From the NCBI GenBank assembly GCA_938091905.1, contig CALKOM010000203.1, positions 1-16,576 of the forward strand: DNA of 16,576 nucleotides, written 5' to 3'. Origin of the DNA: an uncultured Verrucomicrobiales bacterium (GTDB taxonomy: Bacteria; Verrucomicrobiota; Verrucomicrobiia; Verrucomicrobiales; DEV007). Shown here piece by piece: positions 15,947-16,576 of this stretch; within the stretch, counting starts at the first letter, position 1; the number at the start of each line of letters is the position of its first letter. Below the pieces are notes generated by a model. It saw only the letters and a list, made by a program, of their open reading frames with translations. It ran no database searches and was not told where the DNA came from. A program made the translations under genes and the position numbers.

Positions 15947-16121
15947 ATGGTTCAATTCAAGGCTGTGGGAGTTGATATACTTACGATGTTATAGGCTTGT
16001 GTCGTACTTAACGCCAACGTTAAGGGTTAGTAAGCTCTAGTCGCTCTCGGTGCCTCCAATATTCTCTCAGCTAAAACATCCACGAGAGACTGGGAAATCT
16101 CCTGTTGAAGAAGACCTTGAA

Positions 16122-16298
16122 ATGATGACAAGGCCAAGGCTGTGCTTCCTCAGACCAGGAGCGTTGAAGCTCGTTGCAAAGGGCCTAGGAATCTTTCTCT
16201 ACTTGGTCACGCTGAACTTATCGACGGCTGATGAGTTGTCACAGGGGCCATTCAGATTGAACTACCTTGAACTTGAGAGGGAAGAAATCCGGCGTAGT
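16122..16298 (+). pseudogene. Possible 5' stub of a secreted protein, fused in frame to the IS1182 fragment
   Basis: MMTRPRLCFLRPGALKLVAKGLGIFLYLVTLNLSTA|DELSQ has a basic N-region, a hydrophobic core and an STA cleavage-like site. It is unrelated to a transposase N-terminus. Confidence 0.35.
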
Positions 16299-16576
16299 CC
16301 CGATCTTCGTGACTGGGTGCCAGAAGACGATCTCGTTCACTTCATCCTCGAAGCCGTCCAGCGGCTCCCTATAGAAGACTTCCAAGTCAATCATCGCGGT
16401 TCTGGCAACCGACAGTTCCCTCCCCACACATGATGCTCGCGTTGCTAATCTACTGCTACGCCAACCGCCTCTTCTCTTCCCGTAAGATCGAACAGGCCAC
16501 CCATCGCGACGTCGCCGTACGCTTTCTCACCGGCAATACCCACCCAGATCACGACACCGTCTGCAAATTTCGCCGC
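16299..16576 (+). mobile_element. IS1182-family transposase fragment (DUF772 region), 5'-truncated and frameshifted, running off the window
   Basis: PDLRDWVPEDDLVHFILEAV...RGSGNRQFPPH, then in the -1 frame from 16430 MMLALLIYCYANRLFSSRKIEQATHRDVAVRFLTGNTHPDHDTVCKFRR. These are classic IS1182 N-terminal motifs (SSRKIE, PDH.T...FR). Confidence 0.88.

Noticed and set aside
16249..16266. CATTCAGATTGAACTACC as an IS1-like terminal inverted repeat
   Set aside because: There is no partner repeat or IS1 transposase sequence in the window.
1..16576. CRISPR array, tRNA/rRNA, or sirtuin-based anti-phage system (Thoeris/DSR/Sir2-HerA)
   Set aside because: No repeat-spacer array or structural RNA was recognised. 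The sirtuin is a zinc-ribbon CobB-type deacylase with no TIR/HerA/pAgo partner.

Overview
Bacterial window, most likely from a Verrucomicrobia (PVC superphylum) genome. This rests on the PEP-CTERM protein, the lamin-tail and LamG secreted proteins with 'DL..W...F/YYR' C-termini, and genes lacking SD sites. Left to right: (i) the 3' end of a lamin-tail-domain protein; (ii) a ~1040-aa secreted protein with four jelly-roll (DUF642/CBM-like) modules, an Ig-like spacer and a LamG domain, convergent with a PEP-CTERM protein carrying one copy of the same module (shared [DN]AR[ND]CCGG vicinal-cysteine motif); (iii) an RraA/HMG-aldolase-like gene; (iv) a minus-strand nrtR - sirtuin - membrane protein cluster with an NrtR box and a GTAG-type REP doublet; (v) a divergent pstSCAB1B2-phoU operon with candidate Pho boxes; (vi) a Tat-exported alkaline-phosphatase-superfamily-like protein coupled to a membrane protein; (vii) a truncated, frameshifted IS1182 transposase fused to a signal-peptide-like ORF. 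The most notable signal is that the two PstB ATPases carry complementary motif degenerations. PstB1 has lost the Q-loop Gln and H-switch His and has an altered Walker A and D-loop, while PstB2 has lost the LSGGQ signature. This predicts an obligate heterodimer with one catalytic and one degenerate ATP site in a phosphate ABC importer. All family calls are motif recognition by eye; no searches were run.
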